Origin: Mobula birostris
Lineage: Eukaryota
DNA length: 64,000 nt
Assembly (NCBI RefSeq): GCF_030028105.1
Contig: NC_092379.1
Coordinates: 27,211,821 to 27,275,820, forward strand
Direction: 5' to 3'
The notes under the pieces: model-generated
What the model saw: the letters and a program-made list of their open reading frames with translations, nothing else
What the model was told of the DNA's origin: nothing
Database searches by the model: none
Program-made: the position numbers and the translations under genes
Shown here: in pieces, positions 1 through 12,150 of the stretch
Position numbering within the stretch: position 1 is the first letter of the stretch
How the letters are laid out: every line of letters begins with the position of its first letter

Positions 1-1305
1 GTGCACTGGACGCGGAAGAATATGAATTTTAAGTCGTTTTCCAATACATTAAAATGATGAGATATTTTGAAGACGCAGCATATATTTGCTAAATACGGCC
101 CAGCTGATTGATAATGCGAAGGGGAAATAATTATTTGCAGTAACACCAGACACGGTTTGTATTCACAACCAGGTGCTTTGGAAATATTAACATAGTTTAT
201 AAACATAATAGGGCAGATGTATATGAACCAGCAGCTGAGCCACCTGCCGCCGAAGTCAGAGGTAAATGGGGTTGTTGCAATAATAGTGGTGATCAGCTTT
301 CTCTTCCTATAACATGGCTGAATATTATGACCTGTCAATGATGCTGTGATATGAACACTCCAAGACCATTGATAAGTGTAGGATTATAACATAGTCGAAG
401 ATCTTACTCATTGTGGAATATGTGGTAAGAAACTGAATGAAGCAATATCCTGAGGTTATTTGGACTTTGTCTGTGGAGAAATTGCACAAGGAAATGTAAA
501 AGGTGAAGAGTGATTTTCAGTAAAAAAACGTAACTCGATAACATGAACACTAAATTGTTCCAGATTTGCCGATTAAGTCGAGGCAAAGCTTTGTGCATGC
601 AAGTTTGCTACTTCACAGGTGTAAAAGGGGGAAATGTTGAGCGTTCGCAACTGCAGAGTACATTCTACTCCAACAGCAGTTACATGGAATTGCCAAAGGA
701 ATGACTATCAATGACAGCCACTGTCAAGAACATGCTTGTTTCATTCTTTGATGGGGAAGAATTCTGGAGTCAAAAGGACCACACCAGCGAAATAAAGAAA
801 AGCCGAAAGGCTATTGCCCTGTAGCCATGTGGCTCCTGAGTAAACGTGGAAAACTGCACTCATCTCAGTCCTGGTCTGATAGCACAACCGACAGACTCAA
901 TTTAATGATAATTCGTCGTCGCAGCGTGTTCGTTTTAAACTGAGCGTGTTATCTTCTTTTTACACTTTTGATGCGTGCCCGTCTATAGTTACATATATTA
1001 TAATTAATGTATTGCAATTATTTTTTTACCTGATTATCGTGACATCACTATCTACCATTATTAAATTTAACGGCTACCAGGGCTTTGTAAATTAATTTTA
1101 GATATAATTTATTTGTGGAACCTTCATGTCAAATATAGCAGAAAACGATACTTTTCCGAAGGGTCGATGAGGTGAGCCTGCACATAAATTATCCAGTAAT
1201 TACATTTTTCCATCCTTGACTTTAAGAAAAAATAAAAACTTACTTCGGTTTACTTTGACAGCATAAATATCAAACGAGAAATTATAGCTGAGTGTTTCTA
1301 TAAAA

Positions 1306-1719
1306 ACAGGAAGTGGTTTATATCTCTAACTTTATCACAAGGAGATACATGTAAACATGTTCAATTATTCTGCTTCAGTTGCATGAATGGCGAAGGGAAG
1401 TGGGTGTATCCACAACGTAGAAAGAGGAGGTAGAGCGAGATGAGGCTCGACAGAAATTCCGTTTTCATTGCCAAACGATCTATTGAATCCATGGGAAGTG
1501 ACTTTTTTTTTAACGATACTGTTTGAGTACTATAAACAGGAAGGAGACGTCAACATAGGAAAAAAAAAATAGACATGTAGTGAATTGTGTGGTACGCCTC
1601 CTTCGCATTTTCGCAAATGTTACATTACTCACTTAGAAAACAACTCCTATGTTTAGAATTTACAGAATGGAAACATGCCAACTATATATTTTCTACGTCA
1701 CACTACGATGTCACTTCCG
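1306..1719 (+). promoter_or_regulatory. Cluster of Ets/Runx/CRE-like motifs upstream of V1 (candidate V promoter region)
   Basis: ACAGGAAGTGGTTT (1306-1319, Ets core overlapping a Runx-like site), ACAGGAAG (1536-1543) next to GACGTCA (1546-1552), TGTGGT (1588-1593), TACGTCA (1694-1700), CACTTCCG (1712-1719). They lie 300-700 bp 5' of the V1 ATG. Motif match only. Confidence 0.35.
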
Positions 1720-2012
1720 ATTCTTCCATCTTTGCCTAATTACCTTATATGCAGCTCAATGCTTTGCACGGAAGTTGTAATGGAGGTCAGATCGAGTCTT
1801 ATCTGTCTGTAAAGAATTGATCGGTTGTACTGATAAACAAAGAAGTAGTGATGTATTGCAACGACCCAGTTGATTGGGTGTGTTGGAAAAACAAGAGGCT
1901 TTGTGCTGATTGGATGCGACCAATAATATAACAGTACACACCTTCCGAATTTCTAATTAAAACTTCCTTAACACTAAGATTATTTCAGTTGCAATTCACA
2001 GGCTGTGCAGAC

Positions 2013-2064
2013 ATGCTGTCCCAATTTATATATACGTTCCCTATTGCAGCAGCGTTACTGGCGG
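2013..2064 (+). CDS. TCR V gene 1, leader exon (MLSQFIYTFPIAAALLA-G)
   Basis: ATG at 2013, 17 hydrophobic codons plus G, then the consensus donor G|gtaagt at 2065. Phase 1 matches the acceptor at 2573-2574 (510-bp intron). Confidence 0.9.
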
Positions 2065-2574
2065 GTAAGTTTCTGGAGTGTCGAACATTATGATTCTCAT
2101 GAGTGCAGAGAAGGATAATTTATTAGTCAATACCAGGAATCTAATGTTAACAAAAAGGGGAAATATGTCCCCGTTCTCCAGTAACTAACATTAAATTGTT
2201 TGAGCGGAGATTCCAGGTCAAACACAGTTGAGCCCATTGCTGCCTCCAATGATGAAATGCAACGCTTTTTATTTTGCTCCCCGCGCGCGCCCCCCCCCCC
2301 ACCCGCGTGGGACATATAATGCAAAACTGTGAACACTGATAGAAGAGTTTTGAAGGATTTATTTTTCGGTGCTTTTGATCTCTTCTTTAAAAAAAGTTAG
2401 ATTCATTTTTCTATGGAACCATCCCAGAAATCTCAACAGAACGAATATTTCGATTCGACAACCTTCGAGCCCCAACTCAGGTCAGTACCAGAGGTCATGG
2501 TGCTGCTAGATAGAGATGGTGTGTGCACAGCAGGGTGGTGTTGTTTAATTGAAATACCTTTCGGATTCTTTCAG

Positions 2575-2878
2575 GACATTGTCGAGGCGATGCCGTTTTT
2601 CAGACACCTACATCCACAGTAACTGAAGGCGGTGAAGCAACGTTGCACTGTAACTATAATACTACAAGCACTGGCCAATTTTCATTACAATGGTACCGTC
2701 AGTATCCCGGCGGAACTCTGGAGCACCTGTTGCTCCGGACGAAATACAACGCTAACCCAAGGAAGACCCCAGGACAACGCTTCGCGGCACAGCTGGATGA
2801 TTCGAGGAGGACGGTCCCACTTTCCGTGTCTGAAGCGCAGCTAGGAGACGAGGCTCTGTACTTCTGCGCGCTGAGACT
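2575..2878 (+). CDS. TCR alpha/delta-type V segment 1, V exon, open frame
   Basis: Acceptor ttctttcag|. Translation (G)HCRG-DAVFQTPTSTVTEGGEATLHCNYNTTSTGQFSLQWYRQYPGGTLEHLLLRTKYNANPRKTPGQRFAAQLDDSRRTVPLSVSEAQLGDEALYFCALRL has both conserved Cys, WYRQ and D-x-A-x-Y-F-C-A-L, and is followed directly by an RSS. Alpha versus delta cannot be resolved. Confidence 0.93.
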
Positions 2879-2917
2879 CACAACGACACAAACTTAACCT
2901 GCGTCTGTACAAAAACT
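2879..2917 (+). other. 23-bp-spacer recombination signal sequence of V1
   Basis: Heptamer CACAACG (2879-2885), exactly 23-nt spacer, nonamer ACAAAAACT (2909-2917). Confidence 0.92.
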
Positions 2918-4957
2918 GCTTGATCTCGCAGAAGCCATCTGTGTGTAAACGCGATTTTGTCTGCAACTGCAAGTACTAGCAGATCTCTGCAATTATGACA
3001 ATGCCAATATATTATACACCAGTATTATTCAATCTTAAATATTCTGGTCCAATCCGATTAAACAGTTTTGTACTGGATCTGCTCTCGTGCCCATTCGGAA
3101 AGATAATTCAAGAGCAGTTATGTACACAGAATCCCTTATTGTTTTACCTGTGTCTTGTATTAACTATCATCTGCTGTAGTATTGTCGATGGAAGTGGAAC
3201 GTTAAATCAGCTTAAGTGCTCTGACAATTGTGACAGGAAATGCATCAACTTCGAATAGGTGAACAGATGATTGTTTGTTTGTTTGTTTGTTTACAAACAG
3301 TAAACTTTTGAACAAACATTCCTGTTCCCCGTCACGGACCCTGAATAGTAAACAAAAAAAAAAAAAAAGGAGCATTCAAAATACGCATGTCCTTAAAAGC
3401 GCCTGCCGCGTATACCTTTGTTCGACACGGCGGATTTAACAAATGGAATAAAACGTTGAACTTGAGTGGGTCGTAGCCATTGTGAGCACACAGGCTAGCT
3501 GGTCAACGGCAAATCACTCATTTCGGTGTTATTATTTGGAGAAGTTTAATGAATGAGTATTTATGCAACAGGACTCGTAGGATTCATGTTCTAAGCTGTT
3601 TACCCCGAGTCAACACAGTTTCATTGTTATGTGTGCAGGCGCAATAAAGTGCGAGCTTCGATTATTCACGAGTTGCGTTGTGAATTTCCCCACCTATCCG
3701 CTGACGAACGGTGAACACCTTCCCAATCATTATGTGCAGCTTTGACTTAATCAGAGGAAGGGGAGAGCACGGCACTTGCAAATGCTATGTTACATACCCA
3801 AAGTATAAGAGACAGGATATCACGGAAATGTTCAATAAGCAATGCAGCTGCACCTTCTAAGTTAACCAAGTCGAAGGGCAGCGCCTTTCACAATTAGAAT
3901 ATGGCACACAGGACGGCAGTACATCAACACTTACTGTGGGAGGGACATTTTATCCTGGGTATGTTGTTGTGTGGATATCTCCCATTTTTCCAATCTTTAT
4001 TACCGATTAAAAGTTATTTAATATCCCGAGATTTAGTTTATTTGCTATTTATGTACATTTATTTCATTCTGATCTATATATCATCGAGCTTATGTTGAGA
4101 ATCTGGAAATTAATACTGCAGGAGTATGAGTCCGCTCTCAGTAGTGACAAGTATCTGAAGACAGAGGTACCGGAATATTACCGATTTTAACTCGCAGTTA
4201 ACTGCATTAACCCAGTATGAAGGTGAGGTATTTTGAAAGCGCAGCATAGTTTTTGATTAAAACGGACCAGCTGAAAGCTTATGCTTAGTGAATTAATTGT
4301 GTGACTCCACACACGGCTTGTATAGAAAATAATGTGTTTTAGATATATGATTCTGAGTAACTGACGGTTAAATATATCTGATTGGGTATGAGTTTGCAGC
4401 ATCAAATTTCGAAAGGTGGCTAAATTCAGATTAATAATTAAAATGGCCTTCCTATATTAGCAGAAGACATAGTGTAGTCGAATACACGTTGTAGAAACAA
4501 AAGGGCAGACGTATTACAAGCACAAGCGGAAAGACCTGCAACATAACAGTGAATAAATAGAATAATTAGACACTGCCGATTAAGGTACAATCATTACGCT
4601 GCAGCCCCCAGGCTTCTGAGCGTTAACGGAAAACTTCACTCACCTTAGTCCTGTGCTGTCTGCACAGTCGACAGACTCACTTTCATGATAAGTCGTGCTC
4701 CAAGAATTTCCTTTTTTTATATTTTCACATCCTATAATCATTTATTTGTTCATCCTATAATCCTCTACTTCCCTGCCTATAATTTCGTTTATTGCAATTA
4801 GTATATTTTATTTTATTTTTTTTTTTCTGTACTGGCTGCCATTCAATAAATATAAAGGTAGTATATGATGACCTACGGGACTTTGATATCAAATATACTT
4901 TTAACATAACAGTTGGAACAACTAGGAGCATGCCGAACAGTTACTCAGTGCAATATA

Positions 4958-6579
4958 GCATGGCGTGCAAAAGCTTGGCCACCCCGGTCAAAATTTCGGT
5001 AAGTGTGAACAGCTAACCTAGCACAAGGTGCCCTGATTTCCAAAAGGCATAAAGGTAATGATCGCCCATTTCTGTAATATTTTAAGCAAGATTACTTTTC
5101 ATTTTCCATTTTTTACAGTTTCCAAATAACAGAAATGGAAGAGGGCACGAAAGGTTTGGGAACACTGCTTGTTCAGTACTTAGTAACACCCCCTTTCGCA
5201 AGTATCACAGCTTGCAAACACGTATTGTAGCCTGCTAAGTGTATTTCAATTCGTGTGTAGGGAGTTTCCGCCCATTTTTCCTTGTAAAAGTCCTATAGTT
5301 GTGTCAGATTTTTGGGCCGTCTTGCGCGCACTGTTCTTTTGAGATCTATCCACAGATATTCGATTATGTTTAGGTCGGGGGACTGTGAAGGCCATGGCAG
5401 GACCTTCAGCTTGCGCCTCTTCAAGTAGTCCATTGTGGATTTTGAGGTGTGTTTACGGTCATTACGCTGTAGTGGAAGCCATCCTCATTTCAGCTTCAGC
5501 TTTTTCTTACAGACAGTGTGATGCTTGCTTTCAGAATTATCTGGTATTGAATTGAATTCATTCTTCCCTACCAGTGAAATGTTCCTCGTGCCACTGGCTG
5601 CAACTCAAGCCCAAAGCATGATCGATCCACCCCACTGCTTAACAGTTGCAGAGGTGTTATTTTTTATGGAATTCTGCACCTTTTCTTTTTCTCCAAACGT
5701 ATCTGTGCTCATTGCGGCCAAATTATTCTACTTGAACTTCATCAGTCCACGGAACTGATTTTCAAAATGCTTCAGGCTTGTTCAGATGTTTCTTTGCAAA
5801 CTTCTGATGCTGAATTTTCTGATGGGGAGGCAGCAAAGATTTTCTTCTGATGACTGTTCGATTAAGGTCATATTTGTTCAGGTGCGGCTGCACAGTAGAA
5901 GAGTGCTCCACTACTTCAGAGTCGGCTAAATCTGCCTGAAGGTCCTTTGCAGTCAAACGGTAGTTTTGATTTGCCTTTCTAGCAATTCTACGAGCCACTC
6001 GCCAGGGGGAAAAAATAATCTCGGACTTCCAGACCTCAACACGACCTCCACCGTTCTGTTAACTGCAATTTGTTAAGTACATTACGAACTGAGGAAACGT
6101 CTACCTGAAAATGCTTTGCTATCTTCATACAGCCATCTCCTGCTTTGTGGGCATCAATTATTTTAATTTTCAGAGTGCTAGGCAGCTGCTTAGAGTAGCC
6201 CATGACTGATGATTGTTGGGACAAGGTTAGAGGAGTCATCAGTTTATAAAGCTTTGAAATTTGCATTACATTGCCTTTTCTAACGATGATTGTGAACAAA
6301 TTATTGCCCTAACATGCTAATTAATGCCTGAGACCTTGATAAAAGTTATCTGAGAGCTCAAATCTCTTAGGGTGCCCAAACGTTTGCATGGTGTTCCTTT
6401 CCTTCTTTTCTCTCTCTCCAAAATTGTAAAAAGCAAAAATAATACTTGTTTAAAATGTTGAAAAAAATGTTGCATCTTTAACTTTATGACTTTTGGAAAT
6501 TAGTTCATCTTCTGCTCACTTAACTATTCACAGTAGCATATAATTTGCCCTGCGGTGCCCAAACTTTTGCATACTACTG
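4958..6579 (-). mobile_element. Tc1/mariner DNA transposon, degenerate full-length copy
   Basis: Terminal inverted repeats (..tgcaaaagcttggccacccc / ..ggtgcccaaacttttgcatactactg|TA), about 1.6 kb long. Broken transposase frames at 6036-6299 (GYSKQLPSTLKIKIIDAHKAG, paired HTH) and 5762-5998 (RLTAKDLQADL...RRKSLL). Confidence 0.9.
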
Positions 6580-6959
6580 TATCTCAGAATTTTACTTCCT
6601 AACTGCGGTCAAAATCAGGAAACCTTGAAACTGCGAATAGGAAATTGTTGTCGGATTTGGGATCAGCGATATCAAACGTAGAGGTCGTGGTATCTGTTGC
6701 TTTCAAAGAGGGTTGAAACTTGGCAATCATCAATCTTGTAATGGTCAGAAACCTAGTTGAATGGAAGCGACCAAGGTAAATTGATGGACCTTTGAATGAT
6801 CAGTGAAGGAAGGAATATGAAGAAGTGCACATAACAGAAGATCAGTCGTACGGCAAAGAAAAACAAGCATAAAAAGCAAACAATAAAAAAGCGCACACGG
6901 ATTCAGATGAGAGTGCACACAATAAGCACGAGAAATCTTGACCAATACACGGAAAGTAA

Positions 6960-7400
6960 TAGATAATTTAACATGACAGGGAGGATCTCAGGAGGGGTAG
7001 GAATTTTGACGTTCCGGATCGAAAGGCTTCAACAAGTCTGTAAAGAGGAGACGTAAAATGGCATAAGCAGTTTGGTAGTGGAATGGACTGCACACCTGCA
7101 GTCGATAGATTGAAAAGGTGAGGGAACGTCTTGTCTGTATGGGTGACATCAATATTTCTGAAGCTGGAAATGGAACAGTCACTGGAGTGAAGATGAAAGG
7201 GTATCACTGGAGAGAGCAGTAGAGTGCATAAGAGAGTCGGGAACCATATGCTTGTGACAGATAGTTCAAGTTTTGTAGAAGGGAAGACAAGTGGTGAGAG
7301 GACCATCAGGTGGTAGAAAGAATAGAGCTGAAGGTGGCAATGTGACGCGGTCACCAGTAGAAATGGATGATTACAGCTGTCTCCAAAGTGATCCATCAAT
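6960..7400 (-). mobile_element. L2-type LINE reverse-transcriptase C-terminal remnant
   Basis: FRNIDVTHTDKTFPHL resembles the L2 RNLGVTLD..L.F..HI motif, and QTAYAILR resembles KTAYFHLR. Frameshifted. Boundaries approximate. Confidence 0.55.
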
Positions 7401-7702
7401 CATGTTCCGATCGCCTGATGAGGATCAGAAATTAACAAAGTTATGGGATATTACAGACTTCTAAAAACGAAACTAATAACTTAAAAAAAAAATATGCGCG
7501 ACTGTGAAGGTCCCACTACAAAACATCTGTGCGAAATAAGGCAGGTCATCAATGCAACAGTCTAAAGTCAGGTAGATTCAGGAAATCCATACCATCGCTT
7601 AGGGAAGTGGAGTTATGGTTTAACACGTTGCATCGGTCCCTGAAAGGGCGTCATTAAAGTGTGACTTGCTGACTGGTGATGTAACCATTCCCAGAATGCC
7701 AT

Positions 7703-7826
7703 CACGAGGAAATCTGCAGATGCAGCAATTTCATGCAACACATATAAAGGTTGTTGGTGAACGCAGCAGGCCAGGCAGCATCTCTAGGAAGAGGTACAGT
7801 CGATGTTTAGGGCTGAGACCCTTTGT
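7703..7826. mobile_element. Short Penelope-like terminal fragment with 11-bp target-site duplication
   Basis: cacgaggaaatctgcagatg...gagaccctttgt flanked by direct repeats CAGAATGCCAT (7692-7702 and 7827-7837). Family assignment is from recall of elasmobranch repeats. Confidence 0.65.
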
Positions 7827-10236
7827 CAGAATGCCATGACTGTTTTATTCAGGGTGGGGAGGCAGAGGGTTTGTCAGAAAGAGGGTTTGTACTACTCCGC
7901 GCCCTGTTCCCTCAGAGAACAGACACATTAAAAGTTAGTCCTCAGTGGAGATGCTGTCTGTACAATGATTGCCATCGGTCCCATTTAGCGTTGTGTTGAA
8001 TCGGAGTTTAATTGTTTTGCATTCGCCACTTAAAACTGTCCGTCAAATGAAAATGAATAGCGTGAATGGATAAACGAGAACTGAGTTGTTTATCTACACG
8101 CGCCGTGTTAAAATAGGGGAAAATGAAACTATTGTCTTCTATTTGCTATTCGTTTTCAGCAATTTTGTCAATACATCGATATTTTTCCAGCGCATGTTGA
8201 TGAGCAGAAGAGTTTCATTGTTTTTGTTTTTTTTATGTTCTATAAGTCCCGAGACGTGAATCGTTTTAGCCTCTCTGGAGTACAATGAAATCTCAGTATT
8301 GATGCCTAATTAGTGATTCGTCTTCTGGACGATCCTTTCAGATCTCTTTCTTTCATTGAAAATCCATTCCGATTAATCGATGCACCTCGTAGTTTTGACT
8401 CCAGACGACTCATAATTTACAATCCCAATCAACTTTCTAAACGATACAACTTTGAACTCTGGGTTGGACGCAGAAGCGTCCGCAGAATGCCGACGCATTC
8501 CATGGGGAACACGTGGTGATAATTTGGAGTTGACCTCGGAAATAAACTCCGTAGCCTGAGGTCCCGAGCTGTAAAACCGTCGTGTAAAAGCAACGCTGTT
8601 GTGGGCTTCTTAACAATGGAGACTCAGATCATAACGGCACAGATACAAGGGAAGTAGAGTCATGTGAACGGTACCAAACTTTAAATCTGACCGGTCAATC
8701 GATATATATCTGGTCCATGTATTTTTGCAGACTTCTATAAAACGCTAAAATAGAGACCTCTTTGTGGAGATATCGCATATTTCTGGAAATACATCAATGC
8801 CCCAGCGGGATAGACAATGACGTTATGCATTGTTGCCTGATAATCTAATACAAGATAGCAAATAGGTTAATGTGGTGCAAGTATCTACTCCACTCTTGTG
8901 ACTTCATTCTAATGTAGTAGTTGTGGGAAGAATGAGGTTCTTTTGGATTTGATATGCATAGCAAACTGGCGATCACAAAACAAAAAGAATGCTTTTAACA
9001 TCTGTTGCTTTAGGCATGAGATATCTGAAGGCGTTGTTTTATTTGCCACTCTGTTCATCTCACCCGGCACCTGAAGACCGGTAATTCACAATCCACAATA
9101 AGACATGAGTATATTTGCCTGCCGTCAGGTGCACAGTCTCAACAAGCACAATCACATAAGTACCAGTATATTCAGTCTGCTCTTCCGGTATTGGCATGAG
9201 CAGTGAAACCTCTGTTCCACCAGGTCACAAGATGACAAGGGAGAACACTGAACTCGTATTATTTCACAGTTCGCGATATTCCTGTCATGTCCTCGAAATG
9301 TCAGTGGCTTTGTACGTCTTTGAGATATTTCCTAAGCAGTCTGAGCAGGGAAGTGGGAAACCAGTTGGAACATTGATCACTTTATTGTAGACAAATGCAG
9401 AAAAAAACAATAGAGAACTAATGAGAGCAGGTCATAGTTTTAAACTGACAGGGCGCAGACTACGCAAGATTCTGATTGTTCTCTTATTTCTGAGTTATAA
9501 GTTTTGACGTAGCTCACGACAGTTTGCTTTCAATCTAGAAACCAAATTGCAGTAGTTGCATTTTCAGAGCCACACGAACGAAGCAATAATCAAATATTGT
9601 GCGTGCCTTGTGTTCCCTTCAGTCCAATAAGGAGGTGTACATCTTATCATTGGTCCAACAATTTACTTGTACGGCATTGCAAACCAAGCATGGGAATTTT
9701 TGTTGAAAAGCCAGGTTAGTCTTAACTATAGAATCACAAAATATTGCATATGCATTAGTCTGTCCTATCTATTGAGGCAAGTTCGCACGCACCAATGAGA
9801 TACACGTTTTTTTTTTTTTGCATGACAATATTGCGATACATGCAATCAGATTAGCAATGAAACATCCTCAAACATATGTCAAAATGTCCTCAGCTCCCTT
9901 TGCTATGCAAAAGGACAAAGTGGGAATGATGTTTTGGCATGTTATTAGATAATATGAGCGACAGCTTACTGTTCATTGTTAACCATTGCTTGAAACAGTA
10001 CATTGAACGTACGCCGATCTAAACTTTCAGTGTTGTTTTGCATTTCCAGCTGGTATCCATCGGGATTACGCCCTCTGCTCAAGCACCTTTCAACAAAGTT
10101 TTGGCACTCACTCGTTCAGATCACTGGACCCGTTACACTCATAGAGTGAGGTTCGTTGCACTGCGTTGAATTCTTTTCTGTCATTGATGCCTACGTGTGT
10201 CGCTTCCTGACATCAAGTGGTATTAAAGAAGGTATT

Positions 10237-11673
10237 TGTCATGGTCCGGTCCGTAAAGTCCGCGTTCCGGTTCTCGGTCAGGTCCGTGGACACGGGGCAC
10301 AAGGTCTTCCGGTTGTTCCTCGCTTCAGTTGGGCTTAATCATAGGTACATGATGCTCGAATTGGGGCTTGGAATATACGTGGCCCTGGGTTCGAGTGTGG
10401 TTGCTGATTCATCTCGACAGTATCCCGTCCTCGTCTCTGCAGGGTAAGTCAGTCCGTCTTTATCGTTACCCTGCGATTGTATCTCTTCCTTCCCGTCATT
10501 GCCTCCGTTGTGTAAGCCAGGTACTCTTTGTCTTTACCCCGAAGTTGGACTGTTCCCTTCCCTCCCCCTGCCTTCTGAAGCCTTTCCTGCAACCTGTGGC
10601 TGGAACACTGCCTGCAACTTATGTCCGGTGCCCTGCCTGTAACCTGCGTTTGGAGCCCTGTCTGCAAACCGTAACTGGAGCCCTGCCAGCAATCTGGTCA
10701 AGTTCAGCCACCGGAACGAGACCGGAGCCTTGTTCTATCAAGAAAAGGAACTAACTGTCTGGTGGTCTGCCGTTACCCAGATTTCGGAACTGTTTCTGTG
10801 CCCACGCCTTCGCTACGTAGTTCATGGGGTTTGCAGCTACCTTGTGTGGGGAACCATCTCGTCGTGTTCTGCATTCTGTGCAGACCTCCGGCCTCATGTC
10901 TTCTTCCCAAGATGGGTTCCCGGCTCTGAGTTCATGTACCTGTGTTCCTTTCTGTCAAGTCCAAGGCTCCATGCAGCCGTGCTCAAGAACAAGGCTCCGT
11001 TTTCTGCGTTCCTGTCGTCCCAAGTCCAAGGTTCCGAGGTTACTGTCTTCCCAAGTCCAAGGCTCGGCTGTTCCTGAGTACCAAGTCAAGGCCTTAAGTT
11101 TTTGTCCTGTCCATTTGCCTCGTCCTGTCCATGTGTCTTGTCCTGTCCTGGAGTTCGCTCGTCCTGCCCAGGTGTCTTTCGTACTGTCCTATAGCCTCGC
11201 CTAGTCCTCTCTCCTAAGACCACGTCATCCCTTTGCCTAGTTCCCGAGTCCGAGCAGTAGTCAAGACCCAGGTTATTGGTCCTTGTCCTGCTCTGGCTCG
11301 GAGTCCGAACCCAAGCCTCGTCATGTCCTCGCCTCGAAGATCCCAAGCCATGACGAAACCAAGCCATGAGGATCCCCAGCCATGAAACAAAATAATGAAG
11401 CTATGTCCAGTTCTATACCTACATCATGTCCTCGCCTAGTTCCGGTGTCCGAGCCCCATTCAAGTCCCAGCTTCTGGGGCCTTATACAGTATTTGGCTCG
11501 TGGTCCAAGCCCAGGCTCCTACTTCCCAGTTCCTGGTCCTGGTCCCGCTTGCCTAGACAATGTCCAAGCTCAAGTTAATGCTCTTGTCCCAGTTCTCTAG
11601 TCAAGTCCTGTTCCTAGTACTTCAGTGTCTGTGTCTTGCATTTGGGCCCGCTCCCAGCTTCCCGGCTATGACA
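10237..11673. mobile_element. Solo LTR (1437 bp) with 5-bp TSD
   Basis: TGTCA...TGACA termini flanked by GTATT on both sides (10232-10236, 11674-11678). GC-rich with internal short tandem repeats. Confidence 0.88.
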
Positions 11674-12150
11674 GTATTAATCCTTGACAGACTTCAGGCC
11701 GCCGCTAGTGTTATGAAAACATGAAAAAAAAACAGTCGAACTGTGTTATACCACGACACTTTATTATTCCACGTCTCAAAAAACCTCCCATTAACAACCG
11801 AGGCTGCTGAATGTGCGAGGAATAAGAATATTAATGTGATTACAACATTTTTTAGAATTGTGTTTTGTTAGTATTGCAGCGCGAACACAGCGAAGTGCAG
11901 ACACTTCAGCTTTACAACACTTGAAATCAGATAGCTGTTTATTAACGTAATTGAAATATCCATGGTTGGAATACAATGAATCTACATAAATATTTCATAA
12001 GACTATTATATACAACGTGACAGCGACTCTGGGATGTATATCTACCAAGAGCGTGGAATTTAACAAATCCGCCGACACTTGTGGTTATATTGTGGCAGGA
12101 AGAAAGCACGACAGCTGGGATATGACGTCTCTGCATAAAGGGATTCACAG

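Noticed and set aside
1-600. Minus-strand phrases (CFIQFL, IIDR) hinting at a GPCR, and plus-strand CGICG hinting at a zinc finger
   Set aside because: Multiple stops in all frames and motifs not at coherent spacing, so unsupported.
9150-9400. Minus-strand Ig-like phrases VPTGFPLPCS and EYTGTYV
   Set aside because: They lie in different frames, there is no W or second Cys, and the first Cys is too near the putative acceptor.
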